Origin: Atopobium sp.
GTDB lineage: Bacteria; Actinomycetota; Coriobacteriia; Coriobacteriales; Atopobiaceae
Reading direction: 5' to 3'
Assembly: GCA_015258765.1 (NCBI GenBank)
Contig: JABZHQ010000001.1
Span: 26,820-90,819, forward strand
DNA length: 64,000 nt
Position numbers and translations under genes: made by a program. Shown here piece after piece: positions 38,002 through 46,159 of the stretch (the stretch's first letter is position 1; each line of letters opens with the position of its first letter). The notes beneath the pieces were generated by a model. The model searched no databases. It was not told where the DNA came from and saw only the letters and a list, made by a program, of their open reading frames with translations.

Positions 38002-38272
38002 AAGTTTCTCCCTCAATCGAACGACTTGCTATAATACTTCTGACCGTATGCTTTTACAATCCAGTTGCCTATTTTTTAATAATTGAGGTGCAGAAGACGT
38101 ACGGGTTTAAAAGGCGGTCATTCATTTGATAGCCCGCGGTATTTAAATAGTCATCAATGCATTGACAAGACGCTCTTGTGCAAATTTCTAAAAAAGTTGA
38201 GTTTGACGGTTGCAAGAGGGGCGGGTTTCTCGTAATATATCCCTTGCTGCATCCCCAGCAGCAAACACATTC

Positions 38273-38348
38273 GGGCGTTTAGCTCAGGGGGACGAGCGCT
38301 TCCCTGACACGGAAGAGGTCATAAGTTCAAATCTTATAACGCCCACCA
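38273..38348 (+). tRNA. tRNA-Val (anticodon GAC)
   Basis: GGGCGTTTAGCTCAGGGGGACGAGCGCTTCCCTGACACGGAAGAGGTCATAAGTTCAAATCTTATAACGCCCACCA; anticodon loop CTGACAC. Confidence 0.85.
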
Positions 38349-38356
38349 ACTGTTCA

Positions 38357-38390
38357 CAGGTCAGAGTAATCTGGCCTGTTTCTTTTTGTG
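38357..38390 (+). terminator. Terminator after tRNA-Val
   Basis: CAGGTCAGA-GTAA-TCTGGCCTG hairpin (one mismatch) followed by TTTCTTTTTG. Confidence 0.55.
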
Positions 38391-38494
38391 GATATAAATA
38401 GTAATCATTATTGTTATTGACAAAAGAGTTAAAGAGAGTAAACTTCTAAATAGCACGTTTTATAAGTTGTTTTACTTACAGAAAGGAACTGACT

Positions 38495-39058
38495 ATGTCT
38501 CTTATTGGTAAGGAAATTGGTGATTTTAAGGTAAACGCATTCCACAACGGTGACATCACTGAGGTAAGCAAGGAGTCCACACTGGGCAAGTGGAGCCTGT
38601 TCTTCTTCTATCCAGCTGACTTCACCTTTGTCTGCCCAACCGAGCTTGAGGATCTTGCAAACAACTACGACAAGTTCCAGGCTGCTGGTGCAGAGGTTTA
38701 CTCTGTTTCCTGCGACACCGAGTTTGTCCACAAGGCATGGCATGAGGAGTCCGAGCGTATTTCTAAGGTAACCTACCCAATGCTCGCAGACCCAGCTCAC
38801 GTTCTTGCAAGGAACTTTGAGGTTCTTATCGAGGATGCTGGCCTTGCTGAGCGCGGTGCCTTCATTGTTGACCCAGAGGGTGTCATTCAGGTTGAGCTTG
38901 TTACCGCTGGTGGTATTGGTCGTAACGCTGAGGAGCTTCTCCGCCTTCTCCAGGCTGCACAGTTTGTTGCAGAGCACGGTGACCAGGTTTGCCCAGCTAA
39001 GTGGCAGCCAGGCGCTGAGACCCTGAAGCCAAGTCTTGACCTTGTTGGTCAGCTCTAA
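38495..39058 (+). CDS. ahpC: Peroxiredoxin AhpC (typical 2-Cys)
   Basis: 187 aa; 'FFFYPADFTFVCPTEL' peroxidatic Cys motif and C-terminal resolving Cys 'GDQVCPAKW'. Confidence 0.92.
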   Translation: MSLIGKEIGDFKVNAFHNGDITEVSKESTLGKWSLFFFYPADFTFVCPTELEDLANNYDKFQAAGAEVYSVSCDTEFVHKAWHEESERISKVTYPMLADPAHVLARNFEVLIEDAGLAERGAFIVDPEGVIQVELVTAGGIGRNAEELLRLLQAAQFVAEHGDQVCPAKWQPGAETLKPSLDLVGQL

Positions 39059-39074
39059 GATTTAGGAGCTTACA

Positions 39075-40718
39075 ATGACCGACGTCAAAGACCTCTACGA
39101 CGCGGTGATTATCGGCGGTGGGCCAGCTGGGCTCACCGCCGCCCTCTATCTGGCCCGCGCTCGCTACCGTGTTCTAGTTGTCGAGAAGGACCATTTTGGC
39201 GGACAGATCACTATTACTAATGAGGTCGTTAATTACCCGGGAGTTTTCTCTACTAGTGGCTCTGAACTCTCAGAAACCATGCGTAAGCAGGCTGAGGCCT
39301 TTGGTGCAGAGTTTTTGCTGGCAGAAGTTACTGACTTGGACATGTCCGGAGATGTTAAGGTAGTTCACACCACCAAAGGTGAGCGTCCCTGCCTCTCCGT
39401 TCTTCTCGCCACAGGAGCACATCCTCGCCATATTGGATTTGTGGGAGAAGAGGACTATCAGGGCCACGGAGTTGCTTACTGCGCCACCTGCGACGGCGAA
39501 TTCTTTACCGGCAAGGAAGTCTTTGTTATTGGTGGAGGCTTTGCAGCCGCAGAAGAAAGCGTATTTCTAACTAAGTACGCAAAGCACGTCACGGTTCTTG
39601 TGCGCGAGGAAGCATTTACCTGCGCCCCTGCGTCGTCCGAGGCTGCTCGCACTAATCCAAATATTACGGTTCTGTACAACACACAGGTTGAATCCGTTGC
39701 CGGAGATTCCGCACTTAGGTCTATTACGTACAAGAACCTCAAGACGGGCGAGAAGACCACGTTTGCTCCAGAAGATGGAGATTCTATTGGTGTCTTTGTC
39801 TTCGCGGGCTATGCGCCAGAGACTGACCTGGTAAAAGAGCTAGCTCAGACTGATGATTACGGTTATCTGATTACCAACGAGCATCAAGAAACAACCTGTG
39901 AGGGTCTCTTTGGTGCAGGCGACGTATGTCAGAAGCCACTACGTCAGGTTGCAACGGCTATTGGTCAGGCGGCAACTACTGCCACCGAGATGGAACGCTA
40001 CATCAAGCGTGCCCAGGAAAAGACCAGCCTTGTTCCGCAGATGAACGTCACGCGCATCTCGTCCAAGAAGGAGGCTCCTGAGGCTCCAGCGGCCAAGACC
40101 ACCTCTGACTCCGGAGAGCTTTTTACCGACGACATGAAGGCGCAGCTTAACGCTGTCTTTGAGCGCATGGCACGTCCGCTTGTGCTTCAGCTTGAGCTTG
40201 ATCAAAGACCTGTTTCTGAGGAGCTTGTAGCTTACATGGAAGAACTTTCTTCTATGACCGACAAGCTGAGCGTTCAAACAGTCTCAGACACGGGCGAGAA
40301 GAACCTTCCTGTTGTTCGTGTGTGCGCACAGGATGGTGCGCCAACAGGTCTTGCGTTCCACGGTGTTCCCGGCGGCCATGAGTTCACTTCGTTTGTTCTT
40401 GGACTCTACAACGCCGCAGGTCCTGGTCAACCTATTAGTGACGAGGATAAGGCATCTATTGCCGCTATCGAGTCAAAGACGCATCTCCAGGTCTTGGTAG
40501 GACTTTCTTGTACCATGTGCCCAGACGTTGTTGTAGCTGCTCAGCGCATTGCTGCGGATAATCCCCAGGTCACCTGCGATGTCTACGACATCAACCACTT
40601 CAAGGAGCTCAAAGACACCTACGATGTCATGAGCGTTCCATGCTTGGTTATCAACGACGGCCAGAAGGTTGACTTCGGCAAGAAGAATCTCTCTCAGATT
40701 CTGTCGCTGATTCCTTAA
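39075..40718 (+). CDS. ahpF: Alkyl hydroperoxide reductase subunit F-like flavoprotein with permuted domain order (TrxR-like domain N-terminal, AhpF N-terminal-type double-Trx domain C-terminal)
   Basis: 547 aa; 'VIIGGGPAGLTAALYLARA' FAD motif and 'CATCDG' redox centre in first 330 aa; C-terminal 'GHEFTSFVLGL', 'LSCTMCPDVVVAAQ', 'MSVPCLVING' match AhpF NTD motifs. Confidence 0.8.
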   Translation: MTDVKDLYDAVIIGGGPAGLTAALYLARARYRVLVVEKDHFGGQITITNEVVNYPGVFSTSGSELSETMRKQAEAFGAEFLLAEVTDLDMSGDVKVVHTTKGERPCLSVLLATGAHPRHIGFVGEEDYQGHGVAYCATCDGEFFTGKEVFVIGGGFAAAEESVFLTKYAKHVTVLVREEAFTCAPASSEAARTNPNITVLYNTQVESVAGDSALRSITYKNLKTGEKTTFAPEDGDSIGVFVFAGYAPETDLVKELAQTDDYGYLITNEHQETTCEGLFGAGDVCQKPLRQVATAIGQAATTATEMERYIKRAQEKTSLVPQMNVTRISSKKEAPEAPAAKTTSDSGELFTDDMKAQLNAVFERMARPLVLQLELDQRPVSEELVAYMEELSSMTDKLSVQTVSDTGEKNLPVVRVCAQDGAPTGLAFHGVPGGHEFTSFVLGLYNAAGPGQPISDEDKASIAAIESKTHLQVLVGLSCTMCPDVVVAAQRIAADNPQVTCDVYDINHFKELKDTYDVMSVPCLVINDGQKVDFGKKNLSQILSLIP

Positions 40719-40759
40719 AATTCATTCGCGTCAAGGAGAGGGGCGACGCTCATGAATAT

Positions 40760-40795
40760 GCCGAGAAGATCAACGGTCTTCTCGGCATTTTTTTG
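40760..40795 (+). terminator. Rho-independent terminator after ahpF
   Basis: GCCGAGAAGA-TCAACGG-TCTTCTCGGC followed by ATTTTTTT. Confidence 0.75.
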
Positions 40796-40847
40796 TGACG
40801 AAAGAAGTAAGCGTATGAAGCTGGTTTGGAAGTGCAAAGCTACCTTT

Positions 40848-42701
40848 CTACAGAGCTTTTTGCTGGTAGAGGCCTGCATCAGTAAAGCCCTGAGTGCGAT
40901 AGTAAGCGCGCGTTCCAATTGAGCTGATGACGTTAAGGCTGGTATAACCCGCCTCAGCCGCGATAGAGGAGGCTTTGGCAAGAAGTTTTTGGCCCAAGCC
41001 CTGGTGTTGAGCAGACATTCCTTCTGAGCCAAGCGAAAGCGCCTGTCCGTACACGTGGAGCTCTCTGATCATGGCCTGACCTGGCTGTACCAGCAGCTCA
41101 TTGGCGGTAACATCACATAATCCAGCGGTCAGTTTGTCCCAGTGGGGAAGTGAAAGCCTACAGAAACCTGCGATTTTATTGTCAGCAGTTACCCACTGCA
41201 GGAAGTGCTCGTCACTGACCGCGGTAGTGTAGGCAAAGTCTTGGAGGGTAAGCTCTGCGGCGCGTACCTGCTGCTGGTTAATCTCTCTAAAGCGAATCTC
41301 CTGCACGCGACGTGCAACGTCTTTGGCGGCAAGTTCTTGCTCCACCATCTGGCGGAGGTTGGTGTGTTTGTTTCCCACCAGAATGTCGGTGGCACTAATG
41401 TCTCTGATCATACGAGAAATGCGCACGTATGGAGGCGTTGCAAGCACGTCTTGAACAAGCACGTCTACCAGCTCATCTTTGGCGTATGGCTGCCATGCAC
41501 CCTCACGGTATTTCTGGACCAATTGCGTTCCAGATACCAGTGCACAGGGGTAGAGCTTAATCTCATCAGGGAGAAATCCTGGATCCGTGACAAACGTTTT
41601 AAAGTCCTGTTTGTCCGCCTCAGGTGTTGCGCCCAACAGGTTAACCATCAGGTGAGAGTGGATTTTAAATCCGTACAAGCGAATCAGCGAGAACGCTCGT
41701 TTAATCTGAGCAACGCTCATCTGACGCTGGTTTGCGTCAAGGATTTCTTGGCGTGTGCTCTGAATGCCAATTTGAATTTTGGTGCACCCAAGCTGCCTAA
41801 ACATGCGTAGGTTATCCGGCGTAATAGTGTCAGGTCTGGTTTCTATTACAAGGCCAACCACGCGAGCAGCAGCTGTTTCATTAACGTGTTGTTGTTCTAC
41901 CAGCTCATCATAGGTACTCTGCATCTGTGACCATGCGCTTTGGTGAGGCTGGCTGGTGTCGTAGAGCTTATGAAAAGCCTGGTTATACGTGGCAGTGTCA
42001 TCAAAGACTGCCGCCTGCTGTTCAGCAACAAAAGAAGAAAGTGCTTCTTCAGAGTTCTGCAAGCCAAACGAGGTATACCAATTCAGGCGCTCCTGGATGT
42101 GACTAGGAGAGTTGGGCCACTCATTAAGCGCACGGAAAAGCTCCTTGATAAACCAGTACTGGTAGCCCTCTGGATAATCGCTCCAGGTACCACCAAGCAC
42201 AATAAGCTCAACTTTGTCGGTCGAGTGTCCCATTTGATGGAGTGCCTGAAGGCGGGCTGCAACCTGCACGTATGGATCAAAAAACGTAAGTTCAGCACGC
42301 TGGCAGGCAGGCTCGTTAGCAAGATAGCTTTTAGGCATACGTAGATCGCACGGGCAATAGATGCAATTGCTCGAACAGGTATGCGGCCTGGTAATCACGG
42401 TAATGGTAGCCACGCCAGAAGCGGTGCGACGAGGCTTCATACGTACAGAGCGGATAAACCTTTCTTCCAGCTCAGGCGTTACATTCCACGATTGCCACAG
42501 CTCATCATTGTTCTGCTTGACCTGCAAAAAATAGGGGAGAATTGCTCGTTTAGGAATGAGTTTCTCGCGCTCTGTACTGTGGGCGCTAGAGTCAATTCCG
42601 CTGTTGTGCGAGTTAATGAGCATCTCAAGCTGATGCGTATCAAGAGCACCTTGTGAGCCATCTCTGAGCTGCTTCAATATGTCCAAAATGAGTTCATCCA
42701 T
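40848..42701 (-). CDS. Elp3-family protein: radical SAM domain + C-terminal GNAT acetyltransferase domain (bacterial Elongator-protein-3 homolog)
   Basis: radical-SAM 'CSSNCIYCPCD' (Cx3Cx2C) cluster motif, TIM-barrel region, C-terminal GNAT 'ELHVYGQALSLG...HQGLGQKLLAKAS'; start placed at second Met (MDELILDIL); track ORF extends to 42794. Confidence 0.75.
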   Translation of the reverse strand: MDELILDILKQLRDGSQGALDTHQLEMLINSHNSGIDSSAHSTEREKLIPKRAILPYFLQVKQNNDELWQSWNVTPELEERFIRSVRMKPRRTASGVATITVITRPHTCSSNCIYCPCDLRMPKSYLANEPACQRAELTFFDPYVQVAARLQALHQMGHSTDKVELIVLGGTWSDYPEGYQYWFIKELFRALNEWPNSPSHIQERLNWYTSFGLQNSEEALSSFVAEQQAAVFDDTATYNQAFHKLYDTSQPHQSAWSQMQSTYDELVEQQHVNETAAARVVGLVIETRPDTITPDNLRMFRQLGCTKIQIGIQSTRQEILDANQRQMSVAQIKRAFSLIRLYGFKIHSHLMVNLLGATPEADKQDFKTFVTDPGFLPDEIKLYPCALVSGTQLVQKYREGAWQPYAKDELVDVLVQDVLATPPYVRISRMIRDISATDILVGNKHTNLRQMVEQELAAKDVARRVQEIRFREINQQQVRAAELTLQDFAYTTAVSDEHFLQWVTADNKIAGFCRLSLPHWDKLTAGLCDVTANELLVQPGQAMIRELHVYGQALSLGSEGMSAQHQGLGQKLLAKASSIAAEAGYTSLNVISSIGTRAYYRTQGFTDAGLYQQKAL

Positions 42702-42796
42702 ACAAACAGTATAGGCAATAAGGCGAGCTTCTGACCTTTGGGAGCAAGGCGATGACGTAAAATCTCTGTATGGAAACTTCTTCAAACAGAACATAT

Positions 42797-43579
42797 ATGC
42801 AATCTATCAGCGCATCTACCGCTGAGCAGCTGAGCTACGTAACTTCTGAGTTTTACTCTCAGCAGACGCAGAGTTTCTCGGCCACACGACAGATGCCTTG
42901 GCAGGGGTGGCAGCAGTGCCTAGATGCCATGCCTCAGCTTTTATCTGGCGAGAAACCCTCTGTACTTGATGTGGGTTGCGGCAACCTGCGCTTTGCTCGC
43001 TTTTTATGCGATGAGGCGGGGATTGTTCCGGCAAAGTATTTTGCTGTAGATAATTGCAAGCCACTGGTAGAGAGTGGTGAGGCAGACACTCATGTCTCTG
43101 AGCTGGCATTTATTGAATTAGATGTGATAACAAGCCTGCTTGACGGCACGCTTTCTTCGCGTCTTACTGTTCCGGCCTGTGATTTAGTGGTTGCGTTTGG
43201 CTTTTTGCATCATGTGCCAGGTGCACAAAAGAGAATCCAGCTTCTGCGCGCGTTGTTAAGGAAAGCCAAACCTGGCGGATTTGTGTGCGTTTCTTTCTGG
43301 CAGTTTATGAATAGCCAAAAACTTGCTGCCAAGGCTCAAGAAACCACTGCTCAAGGTCTGCGTGCGCTGGGCATAGATGCCTCAGAACTTGAGGAGCATG
43401 ACTATCTGATTGGTTGGCAAGATAAGGCAAATACCTGGCGCTATTGTCATCACTTCTCGCAAAAGGAACTGGATGAGCTTCTTGCAAGTCTTGGTTCTGA
43501 CGTGCATGCTTGTGCGCAGTTTAGTGCGGACGGTAAAGAAAACAATCTTAATCGGTATGTGATTTTGCAACGTGTATAA
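42797..43579 (+). CDS. Class I SAM-dependent methyltransferase
   Basis: motif I 'VLDVGCGNLRFARF', acidic motif II 'FAVDN', motif 'DLVVAFGFLHH'; divergent from Elp3-like gene; start ATG 42797 or 42770. Confidence 0.75.
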   Translation: MQSISASTAEQLSYVTSEFYSQQTQSFSATRQMPWQGWQQCLDAMPQLLSGEKPSVLDVGCGNLRFARFLCDEAGIVPAKYFAVDNCKPLVESGEADTHVSELAFIELDVITSLLDGTLSSRLTVPACDLVVAFGFLHHVPGAQKRIQLLRALLRKAKPGGFVCVSFWQFMNSQKLAAKAQETTAQGLRALGIDASELEEHDYLIGWQDKANTWRYCHHFSQKELDELLASLGSDVHACAQFSADGKENNLNRYVILQRV

Positions 43580-43686
43580 CTGTCCAGACAATATCTTGCT
43601 AAAAATGACCTCGTACAAGATAATCCCCCGCACAGAAATTGAACTGCCTCCCATTTCTTGGACACGAGAAATAGAAAGCAGTTCAA

Positions 43687-43816
43687 AACACACCTATGAC
43701 AGATAATCTGTCAAAAAGACGTATACATTACGCTGAAAATACCTCAAACGTGCAGATTATCTTCATTAGGTGTGTAATATGCCCGCAATTGTGCAGAATA
43801 TCTGTCTTAGGTGTGT
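43687..43816. repeat. Three copies (one inverted, two direct) of a ~25-nt motif GTGCAGAWTATCT-N-TTAGGTGTGT in AT-rich intergenic region
   Basis: 43687-43711 (reverse orientation), 43750-43775 and 43791-43816 read directly from sequence. Confidence 0.6.
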
Positions 43817-44043
43817 TCCGTAGATACTAAATTTATCGATAGTTAAATTTCTTATATTAGTCTATTCATGTTTAAGCATATTAGATGAAGTTTATGCATA
43901 GAGATGCATATCAGGTAGTACGACCGCCTTGCTGCCTGGCTATCTTGATTAGGAACATGTCGATTCTTCAGCAGAACAGAAGAAAGCTGCGCTATTTTGT
44001 GGGCCAGGCCTAAAAGCCAACGCTAACACGCTGCAGAATCAAA

Positions 44044-44072
44044 ATCCCCCGCGCAGAAAGTGCGCGGGGAAT
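44044..44072 (-). terminator. Terminator of rnpB
   Basis: minus strand CCCCGCGCA-CTTTC-TGCGCGGGG followed by ATTTTGATT. Confidence 0.6.
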
Positions 44073-44084
44073 CTGCATTCAGTA

Positions 44085-44452
44085 GGCAAAGTGGACGTAT
44101 AAGCCGGGTTCTGTCGCGGACAACCATTTATCTACTACCAGCATTGCTACTGGTCTCTAGCGCGCAACCCGAGCGCAGTGCGGGCCACACCATAGCGCTC
44201 CTATTTGCGTTTGCTCCGGATGGGGTTTACCAAGCCACGCTGTTGCCAGCATGCTGGTAGTCTCTTACACTACCGTTTCAGCTTTTCTCTTTACGCGAAT
44301 GCGCAGGTGAGAGTCTTCTTTTCTGCGGCACTTTCCGTCGGGTCACCCCGCCTGGCCGTTAGCCAGCATCCTGCCCTGTGGAGCCCGGACTTTCCTCATA
44401 GCACTCTTCCAATTAGCTGGATGGGCACTCCGCGGTTGTCTGGTCCACTTTG
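44085..44452 (-). ncRNA. rnpB: RNase P RNA (bacterial type A), rnpB
   Basis: minus strand contains universally conserved P4 segments 'GAGGAAAGTCCGGGCTCCACAGGGCA' and 'ACAGAACCCGGCTTA', and P1 pairing GCAAAGTGGAC / GTCCACTTTGC at the ends; TACAAT -10-like box upstream. Confidence 0.85.
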
Positions 44453-44665
44453 CATGGGCGATTGTATCACGTTCATAAGACCAGTAGTCCCGAAGTCAAA
44501 CAATCTCCAAGTAAATGAGATGTTGCGAGGGTGCGGGTTTCTCGCCATATGTTCAGCAAGGCAAGGCGGAGAAGGACCCAATTTGGCACGCTGTGTTCAT
44601 GAAAAGCAACGGCGGCCACTTTGAATGCTGCTATGATAAAGAGGCTTAAACACGAAAGGACTACC

Positions 44666-45196
44666 ATGGGACTCTTTGATCTTTTCAAGAAATCTTCCGA
44701 GGCAGCTGCGCCAGAGGCTCTTGTTGTTTCTGATTACACTGCTAAAACAATTTATGCACCAGCAAGCGGAAAAGTTGTTGCGCTAGAGAACGTTCCTGAT
44801 CCTGTTTTTGCAGGTGGCATGCTTGGTCAGGGTCTGGGTATCTGGCCCTCTGAGGGCGTTGTGTACGCGCCAGTCTCGGGCACTATTACCGCAACTACTC
44901 CAACTGTTCACGCATTTGGCATCACGGCCGATTCTGGAGAAGAGGTCTTGATTCACGTGGGCGTTGATACCGTTGAGATGAAGGGTGACGGCTTCACTGC
45001 TCTTGTCGAGCAGGATCAGCGCGTTGAGGTTGGTCAGCCACTCATGACGTTTGACCTGGATAAGGTCAAGGATGCGGGTCATCCTGAAGTAGTCATTCTT
45101 GCTATTACCAATTCTAGCGAGTATAGCAACGTAGAGGTTCTTGCTGCTGCAGACCAGCCAGTTTCTGCTGGCGAGAAGGTCTGTGTACTCGCATAA
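44666..45196 (+). CDS. Stand-alone PTS EIIA(Glc)-family protein
   Basis: 'HAFGITADSGEEVLIHVGVDTVEMKGDGF' with the two conserved His; AAAGGA RBS before ATG 44666 (track ORF begins at 44621). Confidence 0.8.
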   Translation: MGLFDLFKKSSEAAAPEALVVSDYTAKTIYAPASGKVVALENVPDPVFAGGMLGQGLGIWPSEGVVYAPVSGTITATTPTVHAFGITADSGEEVLIHVGVDTVEMKGDGFTALVEQDQRVEVGQPLMTFDLDKVKDAGHPEVVILAITNSSEYSNVEVLAAADQPVSAGEKVCVLA

Positions 45197-45217
45197 CTGC
45201 GACTTTATAGCTGTTCC

Positions 45218-45859
45218 ATGTCAGACACATCTTACAAGACAATCAAGCTGGACTTTGTTGCGGAAGGTCTCTTTGAAGACAGAAAGAGCCGCTTCATAGC
45301 CCAGCTTTGTCATGTAGAAACAGAGTCAGAAGCGCAAGAGTTTCTCGCCACGGTAAGAGCAAAGCACTACAATGCTCGCCACAACGTTCCCGCATGGATC
45401 TTGGAGGACGGCACGGAGCGTGCTTCCGACGACGGAGAGCCTTCCAGAACGGCGGGAATGCCGGTGCTGGAGGTATTGCGCGGAGCGGGGCTTAAGAACG
45501 TCTGCTGCGTTGTCACACGCTACTTTGGCGGAACGCTTTTGGGGCCTGGCGGACTTGTTCGTGCGTATACGGCAGCAACTCAAGAGGCTTTGGCTGCTGC
45601 TGAGGAAGCGTCTGCTGTCCAGGAAATGCTGCAGGTTGTGAGGGTGGAGTTGTCGGCCCCGTATAACCTGTATGAGCAGATTCAGCGCTTGGTCTCAGAT
45701 AACGGCGGCAAAGTTATAACGGCAGAGTTTGGAGCGGACGTTTTTCTCGCCATAGACTTTAGGTGTGGAGAAGAAGCGGCGTTCACAGCTGCGTTGACAG
45801 AGCTCAGCGCTGGAAAGATTACAGCCGAGGTCTCCGTGGCGCGTTTTGATCTGTTTTAG
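45218..45859 (+). CDS. yigZ: IMPACT/YigZ (UPF0029) family protein
   Basis: 213 aa; 'SRFIAQL...HNVPAW...DGEPSRTAGMP...YFGGTLLGPGGLVRAY' YigZ/IMPACT signature. Confidence 0.8.
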   Translation: MSDTSYKTIKLDFVAEGLFEDRKSRFIAQLCHVETESEAQEFLATVRAKHYNARHNVPAWILEDGTERASDDGEPSRTAGMPVLEVLRGAGLKNVCCVVTRYFGGTLLGPGGLVRAYTAATQEALAAAEEASAVQEMLQVVRVELSAPYNLYEQIQRLVSDNGGKVITAEFGADVFLAIDFRCGEEAAFTAALTELSAGKITAEVSVARFDLF

Positions 45860-46031
45860 TTGGTTTAATAAATCTAGCTTCAATAAACCAAAAAATACCG
45901 AATAAAAGAATAGTAAGGATTGCGTAGCCATTTTCTGGAAGCATGCCTCTGGAATCGCAATACCAGATCAAGAGGAAAAGAAATATAACAATAAACCGTA
46001 AAATTATACGTTCCTTTGAAAAATATTTCAT
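45819..46031 (-). CDS. Possible small two-TM membrane protein
   Basis: 70 aa; strong RBS TAGGAGG 7 nt before ATG; AT-rich; 3' end overlaps yigZ convergently. Confidence 0.35.
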   Translation of the reverse strand: MKYFSKERIILRFIVIFLFLLIWYCDSRGMLPENGYAILTILLFGIFWFIEARFIKPTKTDQNAPRRPRL

Positions 46032-46159
46032 TAAAACCTCCTAAAATAAAATAAGGTTTTTCTTATTTCAGTATACACTAACAAGGCCGGCACAGAAAAT
46101 TCTGTACCGGCCATGAGTGCTTTTATGTGCGTGCTTAGTAGGCTGTGGTTGCACGTACC

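Noticed and set aside
43605-43706. 33-aa plus-strand ORF in AT-rich intergenic region
   Set aside because: No RBS; too short; region better explained as noncoding repeat-containing DNA.
44060-44624. Several 60-140-aa ORFs on both strands
   Set aside because: They overlap the RNase P RNA gene (conserved P4 motifs); composition not protein-like.
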